Notes under the pieces: model-generated
The model's input: the letters and a program-made list of their open reading frames with translations, nothing else
What the model was told of the DNA's origin: nothing
Databases searched by the model: none
Translations under genes and position numbers: made by a program
Part shown: positions 37,336 through 47,400 of the stretch, in pieces
Layout: each line of letters starts with the position of its first letter
How positions within the stretch are numbered: position 1 is the stretch's first letter
Origin: an uncultured Anaerolineaceae bacterium
GTDB lineage: Bacteria > Chloroflexota > Anaerolineae > Anaerolineales > UBA4823
Length of the DNA: 64,000 nucleotides
NCBI GenBank assembly: GCA_964486825.1
Contig: CAZAQS010000001.1
Coordinates: forward strand, 4,386-68,385
Direction: 5' to 3'

Positions 37336-38324
37336 GATCCAAGCCTATCGTGACCCTGGTGAGCCTGTTCATTGCCGGGCTGTTCTTGTTGAACGCGGCC
37401 GCTTGCAGCATGCTGGCCCCTCAACCTGCTGCTACTGAACAGCCGGACGGTTATCTACCGACAGCCATCGCACTCACCATCCAGGCAGTAATAACAGACC
37501 TGCCCCCATCATCCCCGCCACCTACCCCGGAACCATCCACCCCTGAAGTTATCCAGGAGACGACTGAGCCAACCATCCAGCCCGGACAAGAAGCTCCTGT
37601 GATAGATCCACAGGAATCGATTGAACAGCCAGCCGTCGAAATAAGCCTTCCAGCGCCTTCCCCCTCGACCACCTCAGCCGCCATCCAGATCCTATCTCCC
37701 GGCCCGGCTTCTAAGGTCATCTCGCCCATCCGGCTCAACGCTTACCTGGCTCCTGGAGATAAAGGCAACGTTCGCATCGAGCTGTTGGGTGAAGATGGGC
37801 GCTTGCTTGTCAGGCAATTGCAATCGTACAATCCGCTCTCACGCATCCAGGTGGTAACCGAACTGGATTTTGAGATCTCCGCCGCCGGAGAGCTGGGCCG
37901 CTTGCGGATCACAACCGAAGACAATCAAGGCCGTATGGTTGCCGTGGCTTCTGTAGATTTATTGTTGCTCTCAATCGGCCAATCGGACATCACCCCCTCG
38001 GCAGATTCTCTTGACCGCATCATCATCCAGGAGCCAGGCCCGAAGACCCTAGTACAAGGCGGAAACTTGCGGGTAAGCGGTTTCATCCGCCCATCCGGAG
38101 AGGCCTCCACCTGGGTCGAGCTGATCACGGCCGAAAACCGGGTGGTTGGATACCGGCAGATCTCCGTTTCGGAGCCACAGGAAACCGGACATACCCCCTT
38201 TTCAGTAGATGTCCCCTATACGGTCAGCGCCACGACCTGGGTGCGCCTGGCGGTATCCCAACGGGATGGACGTATCCCGGGTATCATCAACCTCTCCAGC
38301 CATGAAGTGCTGCTCAGCCCATGA
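37332..38324 (+). CDS. secreted lipoprotein of unknown function, with a Pro-rich linker and Ig-like repeats
   Basis: 330 aa with signal peptide and Cys (LLNAAAC), a PSTP linker and two beta-rich modules. Its start overlaps the upstream stop in an ATGA arrangement. Confidence 0.5.
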   Translation: MRSKPIVTLVSLFIAGLFLLNAAACSMLAPQPAATEQPDGYLPTAIALTIQAVITDLPPSSPPPTPEPSTPEVIQETTEPTIQPGQEAPVIDPQESIEQPAVEISLPAPSPSTTSAAIQILSPGPASKVISPIRLNAYLAPGDKGNVRIELLGEDGRLLVRQLQSYNPLSRIQVVTELDFEISAAGELGRLRITTEDNQGRMVAVASVDLLLLSIGQSDITPSADSLDRIIIQEPGPKTLVQGGNLRVSGFIRPSGEASTWVELITAENRVVGYRQISVSEPQETGHTPFSVDVPYTVSATTWVRLAVSQRDGRIPGIINLSSHEVLLSP

Positions 38325-38521
38325 ACGGCATGAGCAGCCAGCGCCCGTCCCTAAAATCATGCCTGGGTTGATATAATTATTTTATGGATACGATCCCTCC
38401 ATATATATTCGGATTTTTCCGCACTGACCACGATCCCCCACAGGTGGACTTATCCCCTTTATTCATAAGGCCTTCATCTTTTCGATCTATTACAGTTACG
38501 ACCAGTTAGGAGGATTTGCCC

Positions 38522-39862
<1,341 letters not shown>

Positions 39863-39867
39863 ATGCC

Positions 39868-39901
39868 AGAGGCCGGTCAAACAAGACCGGCCTCTTTTTT
39901 G
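39868..39901 (+). terminator. intrinsic terminator after kamA
   Basis: AGAGGCCGGUC-aaacaa-GACCGGCCUCU forms an 11-bp perfect stem followed by UUUUUUGUGUG. Confidence 0.85.
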
Positions 39902-39959
39902 TGTGCTTTGATCAAGGTTTGGCTCGTATACTAATCTAAGAAACCTCGTTATTGCCCCC

Positions 39960-39987
39960 TTGACAGATTCCCACATCTCTTTATAAT
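39960..39987 (+). promoter_or_regulatory. consensus sigma-70-type promoter (TTGACA-N16-TATAAT)
   Basis: TTGACA at 39960-39965 and TATAAT at 39982-39987, both perfect hexamers. Confidence 0.7.
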
Positions 39988-40036
39988 TACTATCAACTTT
40001 ATCATAATTATTCATTCAAGGATTGGAGTAGTCCTG

Positions 40037-40072
40037 ATGAGAAAGTGCATGTGTCTGGGGCGGGGATTGTAG
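40037..40072 (+). CDS. candidate 11-aa leader peptide MRKCMCLGRGL (Cys-Met-Cys regulatory codons)
   Basis: GGAG at 40025-40028 lies 8 nt before ATG 40037. The codons are UGC 40046-48, AUG 40049-51 and UGU 40052-54, with stop UAG 40070-72. The ORF overlaps segment 1 of the attenuator. Confidence 0.55.
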   Translation: MRKCMCLGRGL

Positions 40073-40121
40073 CCACCTCGTCTCAGAAACATAATTCCTA
40101 GAACGGCCAACATTTGAGATT

Positions 40122-40188
40122 AGGTGGTTGTGACCCCGCTGAGCGGATCATGAGTCTCGCGTTGCGACTCGTCGTACCACCTTTTTTG
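40122..40188 (+). terminator. attenuator terminator (AGGUGGU...ACCACCU + U6) enclosing two small hairpins
   Basis: A 7-bp GC-rich closing stem is followed directly by UUUUUU. Inner hairpins are CCGC-uga-GCGG (40136-40146) and GAGUC...GACUC (40152-40170). Confidence 0.5.
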
Positions 40189-40280
40189 ATGCCTGTTGGT
40201 CGTTTCCATTTAAACAAATATCGCTTCCGAAGGAGTAAAACATACATGCACTACTCCTCTTTCAGAAAGGTAAAAAGCCT

Positions 40281-41243
40281 ATGAGCACCATGCTCGCCTT
40301 TCCAAACCTAGATGTATCTGCACCACCCACCAGCGGCCTAGAGGCTGCTGTAGGGAACACGCCTCTCCTGCCCCTACGCCGGATTGGGGCGCGCCTGTCT
40401 CCAGGCGTCAAGCTGCTGGCGAAGGCGGAATGGTTTAACCCGGGTGGTTCGGTAAAGGATCGCGCCGCCCTTTTCATCCTGCGAAAGGCCCAGGCTGATG
40501 GCCAGCTTCCGCCGGGCAGGCGCCTGTTGGACTCCACTTCCGGTAACATGGGCATCGCCTACGCTACCCTGTGCGCCGGTCTGGAAATCCCTGTCACCCT
40601 GACAATCCCAAGCAATGCCTCCGCTGAGCGTATGACCATCCTGCGTGCGCTTGGAGCAGAGCTGATCCTGACGGACCCGCTGGAAGGCTCGGATGGAGCA
40701 GCCCGAGTCGCCGCAAGGTTAGCCGGGGAGCGGCCGGAGCTTTACTTCTACGCCAACCAGTACGACAACCCGGCTTCCTGGTGGGCGCATTACTGCACTA
40801 CTGGCCCCGAGGTCGCCGGACAAGCCGGGGAAAGGATCAGCCATTTTATTGCCGGCCTGGGCACCTCCGGCACCCTGGTCGGAACGGGCCGTTATTTGAG
40901 GGAATTGAACCCCCACTTATCCATCATCGCCGTCCAACCGGATAGCTCTTTTCACGGTATGGAAGGCCTCAAGCATATCGAGTCATCGGCGCAACCAGGC
41001 ATCTTCCAACCATCTCTGGTTGATAGAACCATCCACGTTTCGACCGAGACAGCTTACGGAATGGTGCAGCGCCTGGCTCGGGAGGAAGGCTTGTTTGTGG
41101 GGATATCTTCCGGGGCGGCAGTCACCGCTGCACTGGAGACCGCTGGCGAACTGCAGGAAGGGGTGGTAGTGACTGTTCTCCCGGATGCCGGTTATAAATA
41201 CCTGAGCTCCAGGGGTTTATGGGAGACGGTACAGGATGCTTGA
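40281..41243 (+). CDS. cysM: PLP-dependent cysteine synthase, CysM-like (thiocarboxylate-dependent type inferred from context)
   Basis: 320 aa with GNTPLLPL, the NPGGSVKDR PLP-lysine motif, and GTSGT. It sits in an operon with a ThiS-like carrier, a JAMM protease and an E1-like enzyme. Confidence 0.8.
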   Translation: MSTMLAFPNLDVSAPPTSGLEAAVGNTPLLPLRRIGARLSPGVKLLAKAEWFNPGGSVKDRAALFILRKAQADGQLPPGRRLLDSTSGNMGIAYATLCAGLEIPVTLTIPSNASAERMTILRALGAELILTDPLEGSDGAARVAARLAGERPELYFYANQYDNPASWWAHYCTTGPEVAGQAGERISHFIAGLGTSGTLVGTGRYLRELNPHLSIIAVQPDSSFHGMEGLKHIESSAQPGIFQPSLVDRTIHVSTETAYGMVQRLAREEGLFVGISSGAAVTAALETAGELQEGVVVTVLPDAGYKYLSSRGLWETVQDA

Positions 41244-41694
41244 GATCGATACAACCCTCCTGGCTGAGATCCACCGCCACGGTGAAGCCGCCTATCCAGA
41301 GGAAGGCGCCGGCATGTTGCTCGGCAGCGCCGAGGGCGACCTCAAACGAGTGATGAAGCTTCTGGCGCTAAACAATGCCAGGGAAGATACTACCCGCCAC
41401 AACCGCTACCTGCTGACACCTGTGGACTACCTGCGGGGAGAACAAGAGGCTGCCCGGCAGGGATTGGACGTGATCGGTGTCTTCCATTCTCACCCAGACC
41501 ATCCCAACCGTCCCTCTGCTTTCGACCTGGAATGGGCTATGCCCTGGTTTTCTTATCTCATCACAAGCGTGCAGGGTGGCCGTTCGCTTGAAAGCCGCTC
41601 CTGGAAGCTATCTGATGACCGCTCGCAGTTTTTTGAAGAAGAAATCGTCCTGGTCCCTGAACCGGGCCAGATCCAAAAATCACAATCCACTTGA
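41236..41694 (+). CDS. mec: JAMM/MPN+ metalloprotease (Mec+-like)
   Basis: 152 aa with the E...HSHPDHPNRPSAFD JAMM motif. Its start overlaps the cysM stop. Confidence 0.8.
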   Translation: MLEIDTTLLAEIHRHGEAAYPEEGAGMLLGSAEGDLKRVMKLLALNNAREDTTRHNRYLLTPVDYLRGEQEAARQGLDVIGVFHSHPDHPNRPSAFDLEWAMPWFSYLITSVQGGRSLESRSWKLSDDRSQFFEEEIVLVPEPGQIQKSQST

Positions 41695-41705
41695 AGGAGA
41701 TCGAA

Positions 41706-41996
41706 ATGTCCCTCTATTTTGTACGTCACCAACATGCTGCAGAGTCCTGCCCAGCTCAAGATCCTGAGATGGGAGGCATGCTTCTGTCTCACCTAAGCCC
41801 GGCTAACGCCAGCAAATTCGGCGTGGATGTCCGTGGCGACGCTGTCCTGGACGGGCAGCACACCTTTGTCCTGATCTTAGAAGCAGACCACCGCGATCAG
41901 GTAGAAGATTTCATGCAACCTTTCAAACAAGCCGGCCCGGTGGAGATTCACCCGGCCTCCGAGTGCGAGACTGTGGTCGAACGGGCCGGGTGCTGA
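41706..41996 (+). CDS. small conserved-looking protein of unknown function embedded in the cysO operon
   Basis: 96 aa counted from ATG 41706, with GAAGGAG 6 nt upstream. Cysteines lie in AESCPA, SECE and the C-terminal GC. I recognise no family. Confidence 0.5.
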   Translation: MSLYFVRHQHAAESCPAQDPEMGGMLLSHLSPANASKFGVDVRGDAVLDGQHTFVLILEADHRDQVEDFMQPFKQAGPVEIHPASECETVVERAGC

Positions 41997-42015
41997 TACA
42001 ATTTATGCAAAACCT

Positions 42016-42303
42016 ATGACCATATTACGAGTACCTACACCTTTACGCCCCTATACGGCTGGAAAAAGCGAGATCGAGCTGCAAGGCACGACCGTCGCAG
42101 ATGCGATGGGCCATCTTATCGAGCTTTATCCTGCCCTCAAGCCTCACCTATATAACGGGTCGGGCGAGCTGCGCCCCTTCGTTAATTTGTTCCTGAATGA
42201 CGAAAATATCAAGGACCTGCATGGACTGGAGACGCCCATAGAAGAGTCTGATCGTCTCATGCTGATCCCCAGCATCGCCGGAGGAGGCCCGCATGCTTCC
42301 TAA
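42016..42303 (+). CDS. cysO: ThiS/MoaD-family sulfur carrier (CysO-like) with a C-terminal extension after the Gly-Gly
   Basis: 95 aa with a beta-grasp-like sequence ending ...PSIAGG-GPHAS. Confidence 0.75.
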   Translation: MTILRVPTPLRPYTAGKSEIELQGTTVADAMGHLIELYPALKPHLYNGSGELRPFVNLFLNDENIKDLHGLETPIEESDRLMLIPSIAGGGPHAS

Positions 42304-43447
42304 ACTCACGCACTCCGAGATCCACCGCTACTCCAGGCACCTGCTCATCCCCGAAGTCGGCTTGGAGGGCCAGAAAAAGCTTAAGGCTGCCTCTGTCCTG
42401 GTGATCGGGACGGGCGGCCTGGGCTCTCCGGTGGCCCTCTACCTGGCAGCCGCCGGTGTGGGCCGCATCGGCCTGGTTGATTACGATGTGGTGGACTTTT
42501 CGAACCTGCAGCGCCAGGTCATCCACGGCACCTCGAAACTGGGCGTTTTGAAAGTAGATTCGGCTCGTGAGCGCATGTTGGATTTGAACCCGGATATCAC
42601 TGTAGATGTCTACAACCAGCCCTTCACCTCCGAAAACGCCATACGCATTGCCAAGAGCTACGATATCCTGGTCGACGGGACGGACAACTTTCCCACCCGT
42701 TACCTGGTCAATGATGTATCTGTCCTGCTGGGAAAAGCCAATGTCTATGGCTCGATCTTCCGTTTTGACGGGCAGGTGAGCGTCTTTGACGCCCGCCGAG
42801 GGCCATGTTACCGCTGTCTTTTCCCCGAGCCGCCTCCACCGGGACTGGTGCCATCCTGTGCGGAAGGGGGAGTCTTAGGCGTCTTGCCGGGGACCATCGG
42901 CAGCCTACAAGCCAGTGAGGCTCTGAAGCTGATCCTGGAGATCGGCGAGCCCTTGATCGGCAAGCTGCTGCTTTACAATGCCCTGGATATGTCCTTCGAC
43001 TTCGTCAAGCTGCGCAAGAACCCGGCCTGCAAGATATGCGGTGAGAATCCCGAAATAAAAGAGCTGATCGACTACGAGGCCTTCTGCGGCGTGCCGGGGC
43101 ATGACCACGAAGAGGGCTCTGCCGGTGCGGGTTGGGATATCGGTGCGGTTGAGCTTTCCGAGCGACTGAAGAACAACGGCTCCATCCGCTTGATCGATGT
43201 GCGCGAGCCGCATGAACTAGAAATCTCCAATATTGAGGGGGCAGACCTGATCCCGCTGGGGCAGCTTGCGGGACGCCTTTCGGAGCTGGACAGCGCGCAA
43301 GAGATCGTCTTATTCTGCAAAAGTGGCACTCGCTCCACGCGCGCTCTGGAGCTGCTGGCCAGCGCCGGCTTCCGCAGGGTCAAGAATCTAAAGGGTGGCA
43401 TCAACGCCTGGGCAAAGGAAGTTGATCCAAGCCTGCCGATCTATTAA
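42293..43447 (+). CDS. moeZ: E1-like adenylyltransferase/sulfurtransferase with C-terminal rhodanese domain (MoeZ/MoeB type)
   Basis: 384 aa with HRYSRHLLIPEVGLEGQKKL, GTGGLGSP and CxxC pairs. The rhodanese domain has the active-site loop FCKSGTRS. Confidence 0.85.
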   Translation: MLPKLTHSEIHRYSRHLLIPEVGLEGQKKLKAASVLVIGTGGLGSPVALYLAAAGVGRIGLVDYDVVDFSNLQRQVIHGTSKLGVLKVDSARERMLDLNPDITVDVYNQPFTSENAIRIAKSYDILVDGTDNFPTRYLVNDVSVLLGKANVYGSIFRFDGQVSVFDARRGPCYRCLFPEPPPPGLVPSCAEGGVLGVLPGTIGSLQASEALKLILEIGEPLIGKLLLYNALDMSFDFVKLRKNPACKICGENPEIKELIDYEAFCGVPGHDHEEGSAGAGWDIGAVELSERLKNNGSIRLIDVREPHELEISNIEGADLIPLGQLAGRLSELDSAQEIVLFCKSGTRSTRALELLASAGFRRVKNLKGGINAWAKEVDPSLPIY

Positions 43448-43529
43448 TCTATTAAACGAAGTGGTGTAGATCGACTAAATTGAGTGAATCACCGCATCAG
43501 GGGAAAGATGAGAATGGGGAAATATCTGT

Positions 43530-44402
43530 ATGAGTACAACCGAAAACTGTAAGCGGCGGCTGCTCGCCGTCCTGGCCCATCCCGACGACGAATCCTTCGG
43601 GATGGGCGGTACTTTGGCCTTGTACGCCAAGCGGGGGGCAGAGGTGCACCTGGTTTGCGCCACGCGCGGAGAAGCCGGCATGATGGAACCGGAATACCTG
43701 GAGGGATTTTCTTCGGTGGCGGAGAAAAGAGAAACCGAGCTGCGTTGCGCAGCTCGAAAATTGGGCTTAAGTGGTGTGCACTTCCTGGATTACCGCGATT
43801 CTGGTATGCCCGGTTCACCAGACAACCAACATCCCATGGCCCTGGCTGCTGCTCCGCTAGAAGAAGTCTCCCTGCAAATCAGCCGCTTGATGCGCCGTTT
43901 GAAGCCCCAGGTCGTGCTTACCTTCGACCCGATCGGGGGATACCGGCACCCCGACCATATCGCCATTCATACTGCTACCCTGCAAGCTTTCGAAATGTCC
44001 GCCGACTCAGGCATCCATATCGACGGCTTACCCGCTCACCAGGCCCAGAAACTGTATTTTCACACCATCTCGCGCCGCTTCCTGAGGGCTGCTGTGCGCC
44101 TGATGCCGCTGTTCCGGGTGGATCCCTCTCGCTGGGGGAAAAACCAGGATATCGATCTAAAATCCCTGGTTGTAGAAGATTTTCCCACTCATGCCGTCAT
44201 CGACTTCAACAGCGTCCGGCAGTTAAAAGCCGAAGCCTCCGCTTGCCATGCCAGCCAGGGAGGCGCCGGGATGGCTCAAGGCATCTGGGGAGTCCTAATG
44301 CGTTTAGGGGGCAGCAAAGAGTATTATATGCGCGCCTTCCCCAAGCCGCAGGATGGCGCCAGAGAGCGGGACCTGTTCGAGGGAGTTCAGATCGAGCAGT
44401 AA
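43530..44402 (+). CDS. PIG-L family deacetylase (MshB/Mca/BshB-like)
   Basis: 290 aa with LLAVLAHPDDESFGMGGTLA and HPDH motifs. Confidence 0.7.
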   Translation: MSTTENCKRRLLAVLAHPDDESFGMGGTLALYAKRGAEVHLVCATRGEAGMMEPEYLEGFSSVAEKRETELRCAARKLGLSGVHFLDYRDSGMPGSPDNQHPMALAAAPLEEVSLQISRLMRRLKPQVVLTFDPIGGYRHPDHIAIHTATLQAFEMSADSGIHIDGLPAHQAQKLYFHTISRRFLRAAVRLMPLFRVDPSRWGKNQDIDLKSLVVEDFPTHAVIDFNSVRQLKAEASACHASQGGAGMAQGIWGVLMRLGGSKEYYMRAFPKPQDGARERDLFEGVQIEQ

Positions 44403-44436
44403 GCGTTCCTTCCAGTTTTCCAGAACCTGGCGGCGC

Positions 44437-47400
44437 CTATCTCCTGTTTGCCACTTCAAATACCGTCCCGGCGCTGGTCCCCTGGACTTCAGGGAAGTAA
44501 AACTCCCAGGCACGGGCAGGCAGGACGCGGAATTCTCCCGGATGCGTGATCACGAGATCGTAAGTTAACGCGTAGGTACCTGCCGGCAGGTAAGTGGCCG
44601 ACCAGGCGATATGGTCAGCGTAGACTTGCGGGCCCTGGAAGTACCACCAACCCCAGCCATCATCGAAAGGCCGGCGGTAGTCATATAATGGCTGCGGCTG
44701 CGGCTCGGATTCCCACTCCAGGTCCGTATCCTGCCCCAACTGGGAGGTTTTCAAGCTCAGATCCAAGATCTCTGTACCCGCGGGAAGGTAATCCTCGACC
44801 ATTAAGTAGTAAACATCGTTGGGTAACACGAATGTCACCCGGGCGGTAACCACATCGCCCATCTCAGCTTCCTGGATAGGCTCACAATCTTTTAGAGGGC
44901 AGGTACGACTGTGCGGGTAATATGCCCGCGAAATTTCAAGGCCCCGGTTTAGGGGTGCCACATTTTCAGCTGGTCGATCCACCTGGAGGGAAGCCGTATA
45001 ATAAAGCCGCCCAATGCCTGCATCGCGACGGATATTCAAACCGTTCGGATCCCTGGGATACAGGGAGCTGAGCGGGATGCTGGCTGTCACCGAGTTGACC
45101 TCCGTACCACTCCCCCCGGACTGGCCGTTGGCAACCAAAGTTCCGTTCAAGACTGCCGAAAAGCCATAAGATCCGCCCAGCTCGCCGGTGCCTTTCATGA
45201 CTTCGATGGCAGCCATTAAGCTCCAGGCGGTCTCATAGGAATTGGACCAGCAACCGCCCGGTTGGCGGTGATCCATCAGGTAACGCAGCGCATCCGGAAG
45301 GATTTGGGCAGCCGGTTCACGCTGAGACAGGGCATACACGACCACCGCGCTATTGTAGATGGGGCTATTGAGATTTTCAAAGTCCTGCGATGCCATCTCC
45401 CAATGCGCTCCAGTGGCGGAGCGGATGGCGCTGGCTTGCAAATCAGAAAGCAGCGACTTGACTCGCTCATCGGATGGTGAAAGGCTATCGATCGACAGGG
45501 CCAGGAAGGCCTGCGCCCAGGGATTTAGCTGATCATGCCTCTCATATAGATCCGTTAGCCCTGGCAGGTCACCGTAACCCGCCAGCGCAAGTACGTAATG
45601 ACCAAAAGCCAGGCGGTCGAGCTGCCAGGTCGGGGTAGAAATATCAGGCGCAGTCATCTGGGCCTGCACGTATTCCACCGCCCGCTTGATGACCTCCTCG
45701 TCAACGACGATCCCATTCTGCCTGGCCCGGGCCAGCCCAAACAGGATATAAGTTGAGACGTAGGTTTCGCTCTGCCCCTTACCGATCCAGCTCCAGCCTC
45801 CATCCTGGTTCTGCCGGGCAACCAGGCGCGCCAGGCCCTGGTCTAGGTTGCGTTCGAGACGAGATTGCAACTCGGGCGCTTCTATGCCAAAGGTTTGTAG
45901 AGCCCGGTAGGTCTCCAGGTTGGGGAGGAAGCGCGAGATGATCTGCTCGTTGGTCTCGTAAGGGAAGCGTTCCAGCGCGCTTAGGCCGTTCAAAATGGCA
46001 GCTCCCAAGGATGGGGATAGCTCTATGTCGAACTTCCCACCAATTGGTTCGAAGGATCGCGGTAGGCTGACCAGCTCTAAGCGCTCGCCCTCGTTGTCCA
46101 GAATGCCGGATGTGGCGAATGTCATTGGAGACGTATAGCGCAGGATCGGGATGGAGCCGCCTGCCGGCCGAGCAGCGTCTTGCAAGCTCCCCGAAACCGC
46201 TGAAAATACCAGGCTAGCTGTTTCGGCCTCCAGCACCGTCCCCCACCAATCCAGCCTGGCCTGACCGCCTGGGGACACACCCACCACTTGCATGGAATGG
46301 GTCGGGTCATCCACCCGTACGCCTGTAGCTTGCAAGGAGACTTCCACCTCCAGTTCTGAGGCTGTGTTGTTATGCACGATGGCAGATAGCTGGACATGGT
46401 CATCCCGCACCAGGAAGCGCGGTGTAACCGGCCGGACCAAAAGCTGCTTGGTAGCTACGATATCGGCTGTCGCTTCTCCTACCAGTGTCGCTCCGCTCAG
46501 GCCGCGGGCCTGAACGCGCCAGGTGGTGAGCGTGTCTGGGAGCGCGAGCGTCACCTGGGCTTCCCCATTGGCATTGGTGATCAGGGTAGCGTTCCAGTAG
46601 GCCGTATCCGGGAACCTCTCTCGTACGACAGAAGGCAGCATACCCTCGCCCCCGCCGCCCCCTCCCCCACCCTCTCCTACCAAACCGCGCCGGTGCGCGT
46701 AAGCCGCCAGGCCAAGGCCGGTCCTGACCCCTAATGGACGCTCTCCATACAGGGCGGGCAGGATATCCGGTGAGTTGGGCTCAGCCAGGGACAGCACCGC
46801 TAAATCGACGACAGATAACGAGAACTCACCTTCGACCGGTTGACCAGCCTGGTCCGTCACCTGCAGCCCGATGGTCAGCTGCTCCCCGGGGCCAAGTGCA
46901 GGTGTTTCCGCCAGGTTAGTCCCGCGGTCAATATCCAGGAGTTCGACATTCAGCAATTTTCTGGACGGATCAATGCTCAGGTTCAGATACCCCTGCCTGA
47001 ATTCCGGCTTACCCTGATCATTCTCTCCCAGCAGAGTGACGGAGATATAGATATTGGGAATATGGCTTTCTTCTACCAGGAAGGTGTAATCCGAACCCGC
47101 TGCAGCTACCGTGATCAGCTCGTAGCGCAGCACTTCTTCTCGTTCCAGTGTCACCAGCGCCAACGTATCCATCCCCATCTCATTGGGGATAAAGACTGAG
47201 GCAGTCTCGCCTGGCGAATAGGATGGTTGGCTGGAAGTTAAATGCGTGCGCTGGTTGGGCAAATTCGGCCATAGGGTCGTCCCGGGCCCGCCCACCCACA
47301 GCAGCACCTCGCTCCTGGCGCCATCCCCATGGATGTCCAATTGGTATGTGCCGGCCTCTGGAGGGGTGAAAGCCACCCGCGCCAGGCCATCGCTACCGGT

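Larger units (their letters stand above)
39994..40188 (+). promoter_or_regulatory. candidate ribosome-mediated transcription attenuator of the cysM-mec-cysO-moeZ operon
   Basis: There are three mutually exclusive helices. Helix 1:2 pairs 40054-40065 with 40076-40087 (12 bp, 3 G-U). Helix 2:3 pairs 40071-40078 with 40122-40129 and 40080-40087 with 40113-40120 (16 bp, 3 G-U, 1 mismatch). Helix 3:4 pairs 40122-40128 with 40176-40182 and is followed by the T-run to 40187. Confidence 0.55.

Noticed and set aside
40034-40090. Hammerhead-ribozyme-like CUGAUGA ... GAAAC in the cys leader.
   Set aside because: The sequence directly after CUGAUGA and directly before GAAA cannot form stem II. The GA of GAAA is consumed by the 40054-40087 helix. 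CUGAUGAG is better explained as the end of the SD spacer plus the leader ATG.
40011-40190. Known riboswitch or T-box upstream of cysM (SAM-I-like UCAAG...AAUUCC bits; T-box-like GAUGAGAAAG and AUUAGGUGGUUG).
   Set aside because: I could not build SAM-I helices P1-P4. There is no AGAGA/GGUGNRA Stem I, no Cys specifier in a loop and no 7-nt UGGN bulge antiterminator. The genuine T-box in this window (serS) shows what one looks like in this genome. A covariance-model scan is still needed to be sure.
43655-44500. 281-aa ORF in an alternative frame overlapping the PIG-L deacetylase.
   Set aside because: An Arg/Pro/Gly-rich out-of-frame translation. The +1 partner frame carries the clear AHPDDE deacetylase signature.
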